The notes below the pieces were generated by a model, which saw only the letters and a list, made by a program, of their open reading frames with translations, ran no database searches and was not told the DNA's origin. A stretch of DNA of 46,929 nucleotides, taken from Mycobacteriales bacterium (GTDB lineage: Bacteria; Actinomycetota; Actinomycetes; Mycobacteriales; DASULA01). Positions 1 to 9,887 of this stretch are shown piece by piece; the stretch's first letter is position 1, and every line of letters starts with the position of its first letter. A program made the position numbers and the translations under genes. The DNA lies in contig DATCWR010000108.1 in NCBI GenBank assembly GCA_036566245.1, positions 1 to 46,929 of the forward strand. Reading direction: 5' to 3'.

Positions 1-251
1 TGGGTCCGCACTACTGCCCCGGGTCGCCGTTGGCCCGGATGGAACTGACCGTGGCGCTCACCGCACTGCTGCGTCGTTACCCACGACTGGCTCTGGCGGT
101 CCCGGTCGACGAACTGCCGTGGCGGGGCAGCCACCTCAACCGTGGCCTGGCCGCGCTGCCGCTCGACACCGGTGAGCCGACGCCGGCACCGGACCGTACG
201 GATGGCCCGGAACGACGGATCACGGTACCGACCGGGGACCCGGAACGGTGA
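1..251 (+). CDS. cytochrome P450, C-terminal fragment (N-terminus lies outside the window)
   Basis: The frame beginning at nt 3 reads [29 protein letters not shown]. This is the heme-thiolate loop G-x-H-x-C-x-G followed by the L-helix. Stop TGA at 249-251. Confidence 0.8.
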   Translation, partial: GPHYCPGSPLARMELTVALTALLRRYPRLALAVPVDELPWRGSHLNRGLAALPLDTGEPTPAPDRTDGPERRITVPTGDPER

Positions 252-534
252 CGGTCGGGTGTGGTGAACGATCAGATCTCTCCACCGCTGTCTGGTGACG
301 TACCAAGAAGCGATTTAGCCGCGGATGCGGTGTTTGGGTTGACTCTGGATGAGGCGACTGTAGAAGATTCACCCCCGAGACCGGTGTCATTCGGACACGG
401 GTGCGTCCACCGGCGCTACGTTCCCGGCCGTCGCCATCCGTTCGAGTCGACATCTGGTCCGCCCGGACCGCTTCCCCGTGCTGCGTGCCCCGGTGCGCTG
501 GTGCGCACCGCGGCCCCGAAAGGAGACTCGACCC

Positions 535-1365
535 ATGGGCTCCACGAAACTCTGGTGGGCGGGCGTGGCCGTGACGGCCACCATCGCACTCACCGGCTCC
601 GGCGTGGCCAGTGCCGACAGCAGCCACCTCGACGGCCTCCACACCGACCGTGCCGACCTGGCGACGTCGGCGACGTCGCAACAGAAGGTGCCGCGTACCG
701 ACCAGGACATCCCCAACCTCACCCTGGTCGACAACCAGATCAAGGCGTACTACGGCGACACCGTGGTCGACGGTGAGCACTTCGCCTCGCCGGACAGCAA
801 CTACGCTCGGCAGGTCGCCGGTATCGAGGCCCGGCTCAGCCACTACCTGGACGGCGCGGTCCGGCACTCGTCGGGCCCGTCACGGCCGGCGGTCGTTTTC
901 GACGTGGACGACACCACCCTGATCACCTACACCTACGAACTGGAACACGGCTTCGCCTTCGACCCGGTGTCCAACAACGAGTTCGTCCAGGCCCAGCGGA
1001 TGACCGAGGTGTTCGGCATGCCGGAGCTGGTCAACCGGGCGGCCGGTCAGGGCATCACCGTCTTCTTCGTCACCGGCCGACCCGAGTCCCAGCGCGACGC
1101 GACCGCCGGCAACCTGGCCAGGGTGGGCTACCAGGTGTCCGCCGACACCGACCACCTGTTCCTGAAGAACACCGCGAACCCGCCGGCGTACCTGAGCTGC
1201 GGATCCACCTGCACCACCATCGAGTACAAGTCGCAGACCCGGGCGCACATCGAGAGCCTGGGGTACACCATTCTCGCCGATGTGGGCGACCAGTTCTCCG
1301 ACCTGGCCGGTGGTCATTCCGGACGGACCTTCAAGCTGCCCAACCCGATGTACTTCCTGCCCTGA
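535..1365 (+). CDS. secreted HAD-superfamily acid phosphatase (class B / subfamily IIIB-like)
   Basis: ATG 535 is preceded by AAAGGAG. Signal peptide MGSTKLWWAGVAVTATIALTGSGVASA. DxDxT nucleophile motif VVFDVDDTTL, plus FVTGRPE and GDQFSDL motifs. The tracked ORF start at 478 is probably too far upstream. Confidence 0.8.
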   Translation: MGSTKLWWAGVAVTATIALTGSGVASADSSHLDGLHTDRADLATSATSQQKVPRTDQDIPNLTLVDNQIKAYYGDTVVDGEHFASPDSNYARQVAGIEARLSHYLDGAVRHSSGPSRPAVVFDVDDTTLITYTYELEHGFAFDPVSNNEFVQAQRMTEVFGMPELVNRAAGQGITVFFVTGRPESQRDATAGNLARVGYQVSADTDHLFLKNTANPPAYLSCGSTCTTIEYKSQTRAHIESLGYTILADVGDQFSDLAGGHSGRTFKLPNPMYFLP

Positions 1366-1373
1366 CCACGCTG

Positions 1374-1411
1374 CCCCGGTGGTGGGTGGGCGTGCTCACC
1401 CACCACCGGGG
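1374..1411. terminator. GC-rich inverted repeat between convergent genes (bidirectional terminator candidate)
   Basis: CCCCGGTGGTGGGTG (1374-1388) pairs with CACCCACCACCGGGG (1397-1411) around an 8-nt loop. It sits between the phosphatase stop (1365) and the cysA stop (1431). Confidence 0.5.
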
Positions 1412-1430
1412 ACGATCACCGGGACCGCGG

Positions 1431-2423
1431 TCAGGCCGCACCCCGGGTCGCCGGCAACCCGGGCCGGTGGTCGTGGTCGGACAGTCGGGGAACGGCCCGG
1501 AGGAACACGATGTCACCGGTGTTCGCCTCGATCTGCCGGAGTTCGGACCGGGTGGTGTGCACGGTGGCCCGGCTGCCGTCGGGCAGCACGGTCTCCACCC
1601 GGCTGTGGTGACCCAGGTCCACGATGCGTTCGATCATGGCCTCGTGGGTGTTGCCGAGCGGGTCCTGGTGGATCTCGATGTCGTGCGGACGGACCAGTGC
1701 CTCGCCCAGCCTGGTGGTGGGGCCGAGGAACGACATCACGAACTCGTTCTTCGGCCGGTCGTAGAGTTCGGTCGGAGATCCGACCTGCTCGACCCGGCCT
1801 GCGTTGATCACCACGATCTGGTCGGCCAGTTCCATCGCCTCGGTCTGGTCGTGGGTGACGAACACCGTGGTGACCGCGATCCGCTCGTGCAGGTCACGCA
1901 ACCAGTCGCGCAACTGCTGGCGGACCCGCACGTCCAACGCGCCGAAGGGTTCGTCGAGCAGCAGCAGTCGGGGTTGGATGGCCAGCGCCCGGGCCAGCGC
2001 CATCCGCTGCCGCTGCCCACCGGACAGTTCACCGGGGTACCGGCGGGACAACCCGTCCAACCCGACCAGGCCGAGCAGTTCACCGACCCGCTCACGGATG
2101 TGCGCGCGGGGGGTACGGGCCACCCTCAGTCCGAACGCGACGTTGTCCCACACCGTCATGTGGGTGAACGGCGCGTAGTGCTGGAACACGAACCCGATAC
2201 CGCGTCGGCGGGCCGGGGTGGTGGTGACGTCGACACCGTCGATGTGCACCTGTCCGGTGTCGGGCCGTTCCAGCCCGGCGATGATGCGCAGCAGGGTGGT
2301 CTTTCCCCCGCCACTGGGCCCCAGCAGGGCGGTCAACCGCCCGGACGGGATGTGCACGCTGATGTCGTGCAGCGCGCGGAAGTCCCCGAAGTTCTTGGTG
2401 ACGTGGTGGGCTCGGATACTCAT
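1431..2423 (-). CDS. cysA: sulfate/thiosulfate ABC transporter ATP-binding protein
   Basis: Starts [15 protein letters not shown] (ATG at 2423). Walker [10 protein letters not shown], signature LSGGQRQR, Walker B LLLLDEPF, and a C-terminal CysA-type regulatory domain. ATGA overlap with the cysW stop. The tracked ORF extension to 2861 is antisense-style Arg/Pro/Gly-rich filler. Confidence 0.9.
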   Translation of the reverse strand: MSIRAHHVTKNFGDFRALHDISVHIPSGRLTALLGPSGGGKTTLLRIIAGLERPDTGQVHIDGVDVTTTPARRRGIGFVFQHYAPFTHMTVWDNVAFGLRVARTPRAHIRERVGELLGLVGLDGLSRRYPGELSGGQRQRMALARALAIQPRLLLLDEPFGALDVRVRQQLRDWLRDLHERIAVTTVFVTHDQTEAMELADQIVVINAGRVEQVGSPTELYDRPKNEFVMSFLGPTTRLGEALVRPHDIEIHQDPLGNTHEAMIERIVDLGHHSRVETVLPDGSRATVHTTRSELRQIEANTGDIVFLRAVPRLSDHDHRPGLPATRGAA

Positions 2424-3211
2424 GAACGCTCCTTGCGGCGGCCCACCAGGCTCATCGTCGCCAGGATGACCAGCGAGATGACGGCGAGCAGGAAACCGGC
2501 GCTGTAGGCGCCGGTGGTGTCGAAGTTGCGGAACCGCTCCTCCACGAACAGCGGCAGGGTCTGGGTTCTCCCGATGACGTTGCCGGACACGATGCTGACC
2601 GCGCCGAACTCGCCGAGCGATCGGGCCGTGCTCAGCACCACCCCGTAGACGACCGCCCAGCGGATGGCCGGCAGGGTCACCGACCAGAAGGTCCGCCAGG
2701 GTCCGGCACCCAGCGTCTGCGCGGCCTGTTCCTGGTCGGTGCCCAACTCCGCCAGCACCGGGACGACCTCGCGAACCACGAACGGCAGGGACACCAGGGC
2801 GGTGGCCAGCACGATGCCGGGCAGTGAGAACAGCACCTGCACGCCGTGCCCGCCCAGCCACCGACCAGCCCAGCCGTCCCGGCCGTAGAGCAGGTACATG
2901 GCCAGGCCGATCACCACCGGAGACATGGCGAAGGGCAGGTCGATGAGCAGGTTGACCAGCCGGCGGCCCGGGAATCGGCGGCGGGCCAGCAGCAGGCCGG
3001 CGCCCACCCCGAACACCACGTTGACCGGCACACTGATCGCGGTGACCAGCAGGGACAGCGCGATGGCGTGGCCGGCCTGTGCCGAACCGAGTGCGGCCAC
3101 TACCGGCCCGACGCCGTGGGCGAAGGTCCGGTAGCCGACCAGGGCGACCGGCACGAGCAACAGTGCGGCCAGGTACCCCAGCGCGGCCACCCGCGCGGCC
3201 AGCCTAACCAC
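2420..3211 (-). CDS. cysW: sulfate ABC transporter permease
   Basis: Multi-TM protein with the binding-protein-dependent permease EAA loop ([21 protein letters not shown]). GTG start at 3211 overlaps the cysT stop by 8 nt (GTGGTTAG). Confidence 0.85.
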   Translation of the reverse strand: MVRLAARVAALGYLAALLLVPVALVGYRTFAHGVGPVVAALGSAQAGHAIALSLLVTAISVPVNVVFGVGAGLLLARRRFPGRRLVNLLIDLPFAMSPVVIGLAMYLLYGRDGWAGRWLGGHGVQVLFSLPGIVLATALVSLPFVVREVVPVLAELGTDQEQAAQTLGAGPWRTFWSVTLPAIRWAVVYGVVLSTARSLGEFGAVSIVSGNVIGRTQTLPLFVEERFRNFDTTGAYSAGFLLAVISLVILATMSLVGRRKERS

Positions 3212-4088
3212 GGCGACCGCCCCCTCGGCGGGCCAGCAGGTCCAGCCCGGCGAGCACGGTCAGCGCCACGGCCAGCAGGGTGACACTGATCGCCGCCGCG
3301 TCCCCGGTGGCGCCCGACTCCACCCGTCCGGCGATGAACACCGAGGCGACCTGGGTGTGGAACGGCAGGTTGCCGGAGATCAACACCACCGCGCCAAACT
3401 CACCCAGCGCGCGGGCGAACGCCAACCCGCCGCCGGTCAACGCCGCCGGCAGGATCGCCGGCAGGGTCAGCCGGAAGAAGGTCACCGCCGGGCCGGCCCC
3501 CAGACTGGCCGCCGCGTCCTCCACGTCGCGGTCCACCACCAGCAGGACCGGTTGCACCGCGCGCACCACGAACGGCAGGGTGACGAACAGCAGGGCCAGC
3601 AACACGGCCGCGCGGGTCTGCGCCACGTTCACCCCGATCGGACTGTCCGGCCCGTAGAGGCTGAGCAGGACCAACCCGGCCACGATCGTGGGCAGGGCGA
3701 AGGGCAGGTCGATCACCGCGTTGACCAGTCGTTTGCCGGTGAACTCGTCGCGGACCAGCACCCAGGCGACCAGTACGCCGGCAACCAGGTCGATGGCCGC
3801 GGTGGCCAACGCCATGCCGATGGTCAGGGTGAGTGCCGAGGTGGCCTGCGGTGAGGTGAGTGCCGACCAGAAGTCACTGGTGGTGGCGCGGCCGGTCAAC
3901 GCGGCCACCGGAAGCACCACCATCACCGACAGGTACAGCAGTACCACGCCGGGCCCCAGCGCACCGTGTACAGCACCGTGTACAGCACCTCGGGTGGGGC
4001 GGGCACCGGCTCGGCCGCCCTGCCGGTCACCGGTGGACGGGCGGGTCGGTTCGCCGGCGAGCAGGCCGGAACCGGTGTGGTCAGCCAC
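3204..4088 (-). CDS. cysT: sulfate ABC transporter permease
   Basis: Permease with EAA loop (EDAAASLGAGPAVTFFRLTLP). I place the start at GTG 4088, which overlaps the sbp stop by 8 nt (GTGGCTGA), the same coupling geometry as at the cysT/cysW junction. The longest ORF runs to 4172. Confidence 0.75.
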   Translation of the reverse strand: MADHTGSGLLAGEPTRPSTGDRQGGRAGARPTRGAVHGAVHGALGPGVVLLYLSVMVVLPVAALTGRATTSDFWSALTSPQATSALTLTIGMALATAAIDLVAGVLVAWVLVRDEFTGKRLVNAVIDLPFALPTIVAGLVLLSLYGPDSPIGVNVAQTRAAVLLALLFVTLPFVVRAVQPVLLVVDRDVEDAAASLGAGPAVTFFRLTLPAILPAALTGGGLAFARALGEFGAVVLISGNLPFHTQVASVFIAGRVESGATGDAAAISVTLLAVALTVLAGLDLLARRGGGRRG

Positions 4089-5121
4089 CGCCGACCCCCA
4101 GGTCGTTCTCGATCCTGGTGATCGAACCGGTTCTCGCGTCGAAGAACTCCTCGGCGACCGCCGGCCAGCCACCCAGGTCGTCGATGGTGAACACCTTCGC
4201 CGGGGTCGGGAACCGGGTCCGGTCCAGCGCCGAGGGCACCACCGGTCGGTAGCCGTGCTCGGCGAAGATCCGTTGCGCGGTGTCGGTGCGCAGGAAGGTG
4301 AGGAACCGCCCGGCCAGTTCGGGGTTGGTGGAGTTGGTTGTGACGGCCACCGGGTTCTCGACCAGCAGCGTCTCGTCCGGGATGACGTGGTCTACCGGCT
4401 GGCCGGCCCGCTCAGCCTCGATGGCCTCGTTCTCGTAGCCGATCAGCACGTCGCCGGTGCCGGTGACGAACGCGGCGGTCGCCTTGTTACCGCTCTCCGG
4501 TTGCGCGACCGTGTTGCCCAGCAGGGCCCGGACGAAGTCCAGCGCCTGCGCCGGTGACCTGCCCCGCGCCAGTTGGGCACCGTAGGCGGCCATCAGGTTC
4601 CATCGGGCGCTGCCGGAACTGAACGGGTTGGGGGTGACCACCCGCACCCCGGGTCGCACCAGGTCCGACCAGGTGTGGATGTTCTTCGGGTTGCCCTCGC
4701 GGACCACGAGCACGACCACCGAGTTGGTCAGCATGCCGTGGTGGGCGTCGCGGTTCCAGTCCGGCGCGACCAGGCCGGCGCGCACCAACCCGTCCATGTC
4801 GGTCTGGATCGAGAACTCCACCACGTCGGCGGGTTGGCCGGCGATCACGGCCCGGCTCTGCGCGCCCGAGGCGCCGTAGGACTGGGTCAGCCGGGCATCC
4901 CGGCCCGGTGAGGTTCGGACGAACTCGGCGGCGATCTCGGTGAACGCCCCCTGGGGGGTGGAGTACGCCACCAGATTCACCGTGTCCGGTCCGGCGGCGG
5001 CGACCACCGAACATCCGGTGGTGCCCGACAGCAGTACCACCACGGCGGTCCGGGCGACCCTGCTGGTCAGCCCGACCCTGGTGGCGGATCGGGGCGCGCA
5101 CGGTCGAGGGGGCGGGTGCAT
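4081..5121 (-). CDS. sbp: sulfate-binding periplasmic/lipoprotein component of the ABC importer
   Basis: ATG 5121 has GGAG 7 nt upstream. N-terminal signal with a lipobox-like LLSGTTGC. The body resembles sulfate/thiosulfate-binding proteins (SYGASGAQSRAV, NPFSSGSARWN). First gene of the sbp-cysTWA operon. Confidence 0.85.
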   Translation of the reverse strand: MHPPPRPCAPRSATRVGLTSRVARTAVVVLLSGTTGCSVVAAAGPDTVNLVAYSTPQGAFTEIAAEFVRTSPGRDARLTQSYGASGAQSRAVIAGQPADVVEFSIQTDMDGLVRAGLVAPDWNRDAHHGMLTNSVVVLVVREGNPKNIHTWSDLVRPGVRVVTPNPFSSGSARWNLMAAYGAQLARGRSPAQALDFVRALLGNTVAQPESGNKATAAFVTGTGDVLIGYENEAIEAERAGQPVDHVIPDETLLVENPVAVTTNSTNPELAGRFLTFLRTDTAQRIFAEHGYRPVVPSALDRTRFPTPAKVFTIDDLGGWPAVAEEFFDARTGSITRIENDLGVGGG

Positions 5122-5526
5122 TCACTGCTCCGAGGAGTGGAGACCGCACAGACCTGATCGGTCGACTCCGCGATGAGACGGGGGTCGCCAGGTGGTCGGG
5201 TGCGGTTCGGTGAGAGGCCGGATGGGGTACTCCGGTCAGCCGGACAAGGCCCTCAACCTGGCCGAAATCAGCCCGGGCAGCCTTCCGTCCGACAGAACCG
5301 TGTCAGTCCGGACAGACCGCGCTCGACACCCGCAGCAGGTCCACGTGCAACCGGGCCCGGAACATCCACGACCGCGGGCGGCGGTGCGCCCCGCTGGTGG
5401 ACCCCGGTTCGCGCACGGTGTACGGCTCCTCCACTCGTGGACCCGCAGCGGGCCCACTCTTCCGATAATCCCTATCGGGTGACTAGGAATGTAACACCCG
5501 CGGCCGGGCCTGGCGAGAGTGATTCG

Positions 5527-5982
5527 TCAGCGGGTGACCCACGCCCCCTCGGCCTCGGTCAGCCGTCTGGTTCCGGCCGGCAACTGCCCGGCGGCCAGAT
5601 CGGCCAGACTCACCCCCTCCAGCACCTCCCGCAGGCTGGCCCGAACCGCCACCCACAACGACCGCAACACCGCGGCCGAACCGTCGTAGTGCACGTCCTG
5701 TGGTCGTTGTCCGCGCACCGACGCCAGTGGTCCGTCCACCGCCCGGATCACGTCGGCCACCGTGATCGTGTGCGCGGACCGAGCCAGGGTGTACCCGCCG
5801 TCCACGCCGCGTTGGGAACGGACCAGGCCCGCGTGCCGGAGATCGGACAGGATGCTCTCCAGGAACTTCTGCGGGATGTCCTGGGTGCGTGCCACCGCCT
5901 CGCAGGTCAGCAGCCTTCCTTCGGCCAGGGCGAGTTCCAGGGCAGCGCGCACGGCATAGTCCGCCTTGGCCGAGATCCGCAT
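5527..5982 (-). CDS. Rrf2 family transcriptional regulator
   Basis: MRISAKADYAVRAALELA is a canonical Rrf2 N-terminus with a winged HTH (IPQKFLESILSDLRHAGLVRSQRGVDGGYTLAR). An alternative start lies 9 nt upstream (5991). No Cys cluster is visible, so it is probably not an Fe-S type. Confidence 0.85.
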   Translation of the reverse strand: MRISAKADYAVRAALELALAEGRLLTCEAVARTQDIPQKFLESILSDLRHAGLVRSQRGVDGGYTLARSAHTITVADVIRAVDGPLASVRGQRPQDVHYDGSAAVLRSLWVAVRASLREVLEGVSLADLAAGQLPAGTRRLTEAEGAWVTR

Positions 5983-6049
5983 ACCCTGCATTCTGCCCGT
6001 ACCCAGACACGTGGACCCCCGCCGGCCAACCGGTGGAACGGAGGCAACG

Positions 6050-6661
6050 GTGCCCGAGACCCGCCAACACCCCTGGTTCGCCCGGTTCTACCGGTGGATG
6101 AGCGTGCGGATGGAGTCACGCGGCGTGGCCGAGCACCGCGACCGGTTACTCGCCGGGTTGACCGGTCGGGTGGTCGAGGTGGGCGCGGGCAACGGGCTGA
6201 ACCTGGAGCACTACCCGACCGGCGTGGACCACGTGCTGGCGGTGGAACCCGACGACCTGCTGCGCGCCGAGGCGGTGCGGGCCGCCCGGTCGGCACCCGT
6301 GCCGGTGACCGTGGTGGCCGGACAGGCCGAGTCGTTGCCGGTCGGGGACGGCGAGGCCGATGCGGTGGTCGCCTCCCTGGTGCTGTGTTCGGTGTCCGAC
6401 CAGGCCGTGGCACTGGCCGAGATACGCCGGGTACTGCGGTCCGGCGGCGAGTTGCGGTTCTACGAACACGTCCACTCACCCGGGCGCGCGGCCAGGGTGG
6501 TCGAGGACGCGCTCACCCCGGTGTGGTCCCGGCTGGCCGGTGGCTGCCACCTGAACCGGGACACCGTGGCGGCGATCCGCCAGGCCGGCTTCGACGTCGG
6601 CCATGCCGAGCAGTTCCCGTTCGGTCTGACCCATGTGCTCGGCCGGGCCCGCCGTCCCTGA
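6050..6661 (+). CDS. class I SAM-dependent methyltransferase
   Basis: GTG 6050 has GGAGG 5 nt upstream. Motif I VVEVGAGNG, then DAVVASLVLCSV and the LRSGGELRFYEH post-motifs (Methyltransf_11-like). Confidence 0.8.
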   Translation: MPETRQHPWFARFYRWMSVRMESRGVAEHRDRLLAGLTGRVVEVGAGNGLNLEHYPTGVDHVLAVEPDDLLRAEAVRAARSAPVPVTVVAGQAESLPVGDGEADAVVASLVLCSVSDQAVALAEIRRVLRSGGELRFYEHVHSPGRAARVVEDALTPVWSRLAGGCHLNRDTVAAIRQAGFDVGHAEQFPFGLTHVLGRARRP

Positions 6662-6743
6662 CCGGTCCCTGACCGGTCCCGACCGGTTCCGCCGGCTACC
6701 GGGTTACCGGGTTACCGGACCGGGCACGGGGTAGCACCTCGGT

Positions 6744-7406
6744 ATGGCCGACAGGCGCGCACTGGCCCGTGCCGTGGTGAGGCGGCATGGCCGGACCTTC
6801 GCCGAGGACGCGGGCATCCGGTTGGAGGACAAACCCGGCCCACTCTACCAACTCTCCGTGCTCGCACTGCTACTCAGTGCCCGGATCAGTTCCCGGATCG
6901 CGGTGGCCGCGGCCACCGAACTGTTCCGGGACGGGTTGCGCAGCGCCCGGGCCATGGCCGAGGCGACCTGGCAGCGTCGGGTCGACGACCTGGGCCGTGG
7001 CCACTACCGGCGGTATGACGAGCGCACCTCCTCCCAACTCGGTGACGGCGCCCGGTTGCTGCTGGACCACTGGCGCGGTGACCTCCGGCGCCTGCACGAG
7101 CGAGCCGGCGGCGACGTCGACCGCCTGCGGGCCGGACTGAAGGAACTGCCCGGGATCGGGGACACCGGTGCGGACCTGTTCCTGCGTGAGGCCCAGGTGG
7201 TGTGGCCGGACCTGCGTCCGTTCGTGGACAACCGGGCCGCGCGCGGAGCCGCCGAGATCGGGCTTCCCACCGAACCGGACGAGTTGGCCAGACTGGTACC
7301 CGACCGGGACCTGCCGCGGCTGGTCGTCGGCCTGGTCCGGGTGAGTCTGGACCGTTCCGCCGCTGAGAAGCTCCGTGGCGAGTACCTACACCGGGCGAGG
7401 GCGTGA
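6744..7406 (+). CDS. helix-hairpin-helix (endonuclease III-like / HhH-GPD-like) protein
   Basis: LKELPGIGDTGADLFL is an HhH motif, and size and helical content fit the family. No Fe-S Cys cluster is seen, so the catalytic role is unclear. Confidence 0.55.
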   Translation: MADRRALARAVVRRHGRTFAEDAGIRLEDKPGPLYQLSVLALLLSARISSRIAVAAATELFRDGLRSARAMAEATWQRRVDDLGRGHYRRYDERTSSQLGDGARLLLDHWRGDLRRLHERAGGDVDRLRAGLKELPGIGDTGADLFLREAQVVWPDLRPFVDNRAARGAAEIGLPTEPDELARLVPDRDLPRLVVGLVRVSLDRSAAEKLRGEYLHRARA

Positions 7407-7464
7407 CTCCACCCAACATGGTTCTCCTGTGGACTGACAGACGGCACGCGGCGGGCCGGCACCC

Positions 7465-8691
7465 TCAGCACACCTGGTACCGGGTCGCCATACCCTCCAT
7501 CATGTGGTCGTCCACATGGCAGTGGAACATCCACACACCCGGGTCGTCCGGCCGCATGTCGGCGGTGACCATGCTGGCCGGCAACAGTTCCAGCACGTCG
7601 GTGCGCCGGCCGCCCACCCGCACGGTGTTGCCGTGCCAGTGCGGGGTGTGCAGGTCGTCCTCACCGCCCAACGCGAACACGTACCACCGCACCCGTTCGC
7701 CCAGCCTGATCCGCATCGCCGGACTGCGTTCGGTGGTGCCGTCCGGACCGTTGCCGAACAGGTAACCGTTGATGCAGGACTTGTGGTTGGTGTCCTGGAA
7801 ATCCTGGTTCTTCGGATCGATGTCCTGCCCCGGCGCGAACCTGGCCATGTTCCTGGCCAGGTAGGGACTGTGGTTCTCGTCGAACCCGGTGAACAACGCG
7901 AACATCTCCCGGTCCACGTCCAGCGGACGGGCATCCGCCCCGGCCGAGCCACGCCGGCTCACCACGATCGGACCGACCAGTCCGGACAGTGTGCCGGGCA
8001 CACCCATGGCGGTACCGTGGTCGTGGTACAGCCAGACCACCGAGGACGGGTCGGCCGGGCCCGGACCGGACCGCTCCGGCACCTCCCAGGTGTAGGTGCG
8101 GATGTCACCGGGCTCCACCACGTCACCAGGGTCGGTCATGTCGTCCGGACAGTCCTGTTCGGACGATGTGCCGTCGGCGGCGACGCCCTCGTTGGCCTTG
8201 GTGTAGAACAGACCGTGCGGGTGCATCGTGGCCGGGAACGGGGTGTTGTTGCGGAACCGCACCTGGATGGTGTCGCCGACCTGGGCGCGGATCACCGGCC
8301 CGAGGATCCCCTGGTACTCCTCGTCCGGACACCGGGGCAGCAGGGTGGTGAACCCCGGATCGGCGTACCGGCGGTACTGCGACTTCTCGTACACCGCGCC
8401 CAGTCGGTTGGGTCCAGGGCGGGTGAACCGCTGCTCGCGAGCGGTGAACGGCATGCCCATGACCAGGTCGCGGTCCTGGGGCGTGTAGTTCCAGGTGACC
8501 GTGTCGGCGCTGATGAAGTACCGCCGCAGCATCGGTGGCGCGGCGTGGTCCGGCACACCCTCCGCCTCGCGGGCCGTTCTGGTCAGTCCGGCGGCCCCTC
8601 CGCTGACCGCGCCGACCAGCGGTAGTCCAACCCCGCCGAGCAGGACCAGGGCACATCGCCGGGTCAGCCCGGTAGATGACCTCCGCATCAT
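7465..8691 (-). CDS. multicopper oxidase (two-cupredoxin, ceruloplasmin-like), probable Tat-exported
   Basis: Copper ligand motifs HPHG, WLYHDHG, HTPHWHG and HCHVDDHMMEGM. N-terminus MMRRSSTGLTRRCALVLLGG carries a twin-arginine. ATG 8691 has GAAAGG upstream. The longest ORF starts at 8697 (GTG). Confidence 0.85.
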   Translation of the reverse strand: MMRRSSTGLTRRCALVLLGGVGLPLVGAVSGGAAGLTRTAREAEGVPDHAAPPMLRRYFISADTVTWNYTPQDRDLVMGMPFTAREQRFTRPGPNRLGAVYEKSQYRRYADPGFTTLLPRCPDEEYQGILGPVIRAQVGDTIQVRFRNNTPFPATMHPHGLFYTKANEGVAADGTSSEQDCPDDMTDPGDVVEPGDIRTYTWEVPERSGPGPADPSSVVWLYHDHGTAMGVPGTLSGLVGPIVVSRRGSAGADARPLDVDREMFALFTGFDENHSPYLARNMARFAPGQDIDPKNQDFQDTNHKSCINGYLFGNGPDGTTERSPAMRIRLGERVRWYVFALGGEDDLHTPHWHGNTVRVGGRRTDVLELLPASMVTADMRPDDPGVWMFHCHVDDHMMEGMATRYQVC

Positions 8692-8792
8692 CACCACCGC
8701 GCCTTTCTGGATGGGGCCACCACATCGCCGGGCTCAGGCCGGCAGGGTCGCCCCGTGACGGATCAGGGTTGGATCTCGGGCGTTCACCGTGC

Positions 8793-9812
8793 TCACAGCG
8801 CGTGGGGCGCCATCGCGCCCCCAGGCATGCCACCCACCGCCACGGCCGACGCTGCGGCCGAGGGCGCGGTTGACGGCGTGGTCGACGGCGTGGTCGACGG
8901 CGTGGTTGACGGGGTCGGGCTCGTGGGCGGTTCGAGCGCGGCGTAGGCGACGAAGTCACTCAGATAACTGCGGGCGTCATAGTCGAAGGTGCCGCTACAG
9001 GTGATCAGGCGTAGTTCGGCCCGGGGTCCTGGTGCGTACACCTGCTCGGCCGGGAAACTGTTCTTGGGGAACTCCGCCACCCGGTAGACCACGAACACCG
9101 CGGTGCTGCCGTCGGCGCGCTGGATCAGCACCCTGTCCCTGGGGCGCACCTGCCGCAGGGTGAAGAACACCGCGGGTCCGGCACGGGAGTCGACGTGTCC
9201 GGCGATCACCGCCGGCGGACCGCCGGCGTCACCCGGGGCGGGCCCCTTGCTGTACCAGCCGGTGACCGTGTTGTCCGGCGGCACCTTCAGCGTGCCGTCG
9301 GCGTTCAGGTCGACCTTCGTCACCTTGGCGTCGATGCCCACCCTCGGGATGGAGACCCGGACCGGTTCCTGGTGTGGCAGGCCGGCCGGGGCGTTGCTGT
9401 GGGTGGCCAGTGGGGGCAGCGGGATCGCCTCGGGCGTGGACGCCGGGATCGGAATGGTGGCCGAATGCGGTGCCGACACCTTCGCCACCAGGGTGTTGCC
9501 CAGGGTCACCGCACCGAGGGTTACCGCCCCCAACACCAGCACCAGCCCCAGAACGAACCCGAGAGCACGTCGCAGCACCCGATGGCCGGCCGTGGGTCCC
9601 GCCACCAGACCGGTGGGAGGTGTCATGGTCGGTTCGGTGACCTGTCCCGCGGCCTGGTCGCCAGGCCCGGTGACGAGCTCGGTGGCCCGTTCGGCGTCGA
9701 GAGCGGGGTGGTACTCCGGCCGACGGGCGTTCCGCCGCACGTTCCGTCGCGTGGCCGGTCGGGTCGTGGAGCGGTTTCCTGCCGACTTCCTGGGGCGCGA
9801 CCTGGGGCACAT
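8793..9812 (-). CDS. class F sortase with N-terminal TM anchor and C-terminal Pro/Ser/Thr repeat tail
   Basis: Catalytic triad context AGHVD, LITCSG and ARSYLSDFVAYA, with the class F-like IPRVGIDAKV lead-in. ATG 9812 is preceded by GGAGGGAAGG. The longest ORF starts at 9866 (GTG). Confidence 0.75.
   Translation of the reverse strand: MCPRSRPRKSAGNRSTTRPATRRNVRRNARRPEYHPALDAERATELVTGPGDQAAGQVTEPTMTPPTGLVAGPTAGHRVLRRALGFVLGLVLVLGAVTLGAVTLGNTLVAKVSAPHSATIPIPASTPEAIPLPPLATHSNAPAGLPHQEPVRVSIPRVGIDAKVTKVDLNADGTLKVPPDNTVTGWYSKGPAPGDAGGPPAVIAGHVDSRAGPAVFFTLRQVRPRDRVLIQRADGSTAVFVVYRVAEFPKNSFPAEQVYAPGPRAELRLITCSGTFDYDARSYLSDFVAYAALEPPTSPTPSTTPSTTPSTTPSTAPSAAASAVAVGGMPGGAMAPHAL
8868..8915. repeat. 12-bp tandem repeat x4 inside the sortase 3' end
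   Basis: GGT(T/C)GACGG(C/G)GT repeated four times. On the coding strand it encodes the (T)PST(T) repeats PTSPTPSTTPSTTPSTTPSTAPS. Confidence 0.9.
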
Positions 9813-9887
9813 GATGCCTTCCCTCCTGGTGGCGGCGGACCGGGGTGCGACGGTGACCCGCCGCACCCCGGCAACCGCGCCGCCGTG

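Noticed and set aside
5173-6672. 499-aa ORF on the + strand spanning the Rrf2 and methyltransferase region
   Set aside because: Its composition is extremely Arg/Pro/Gly-rich. It overlaps the well-supported Rrf2 gene in antisense and the methyltransferase out of frame. This is a typical spurious long ORF of high-GC DNA.
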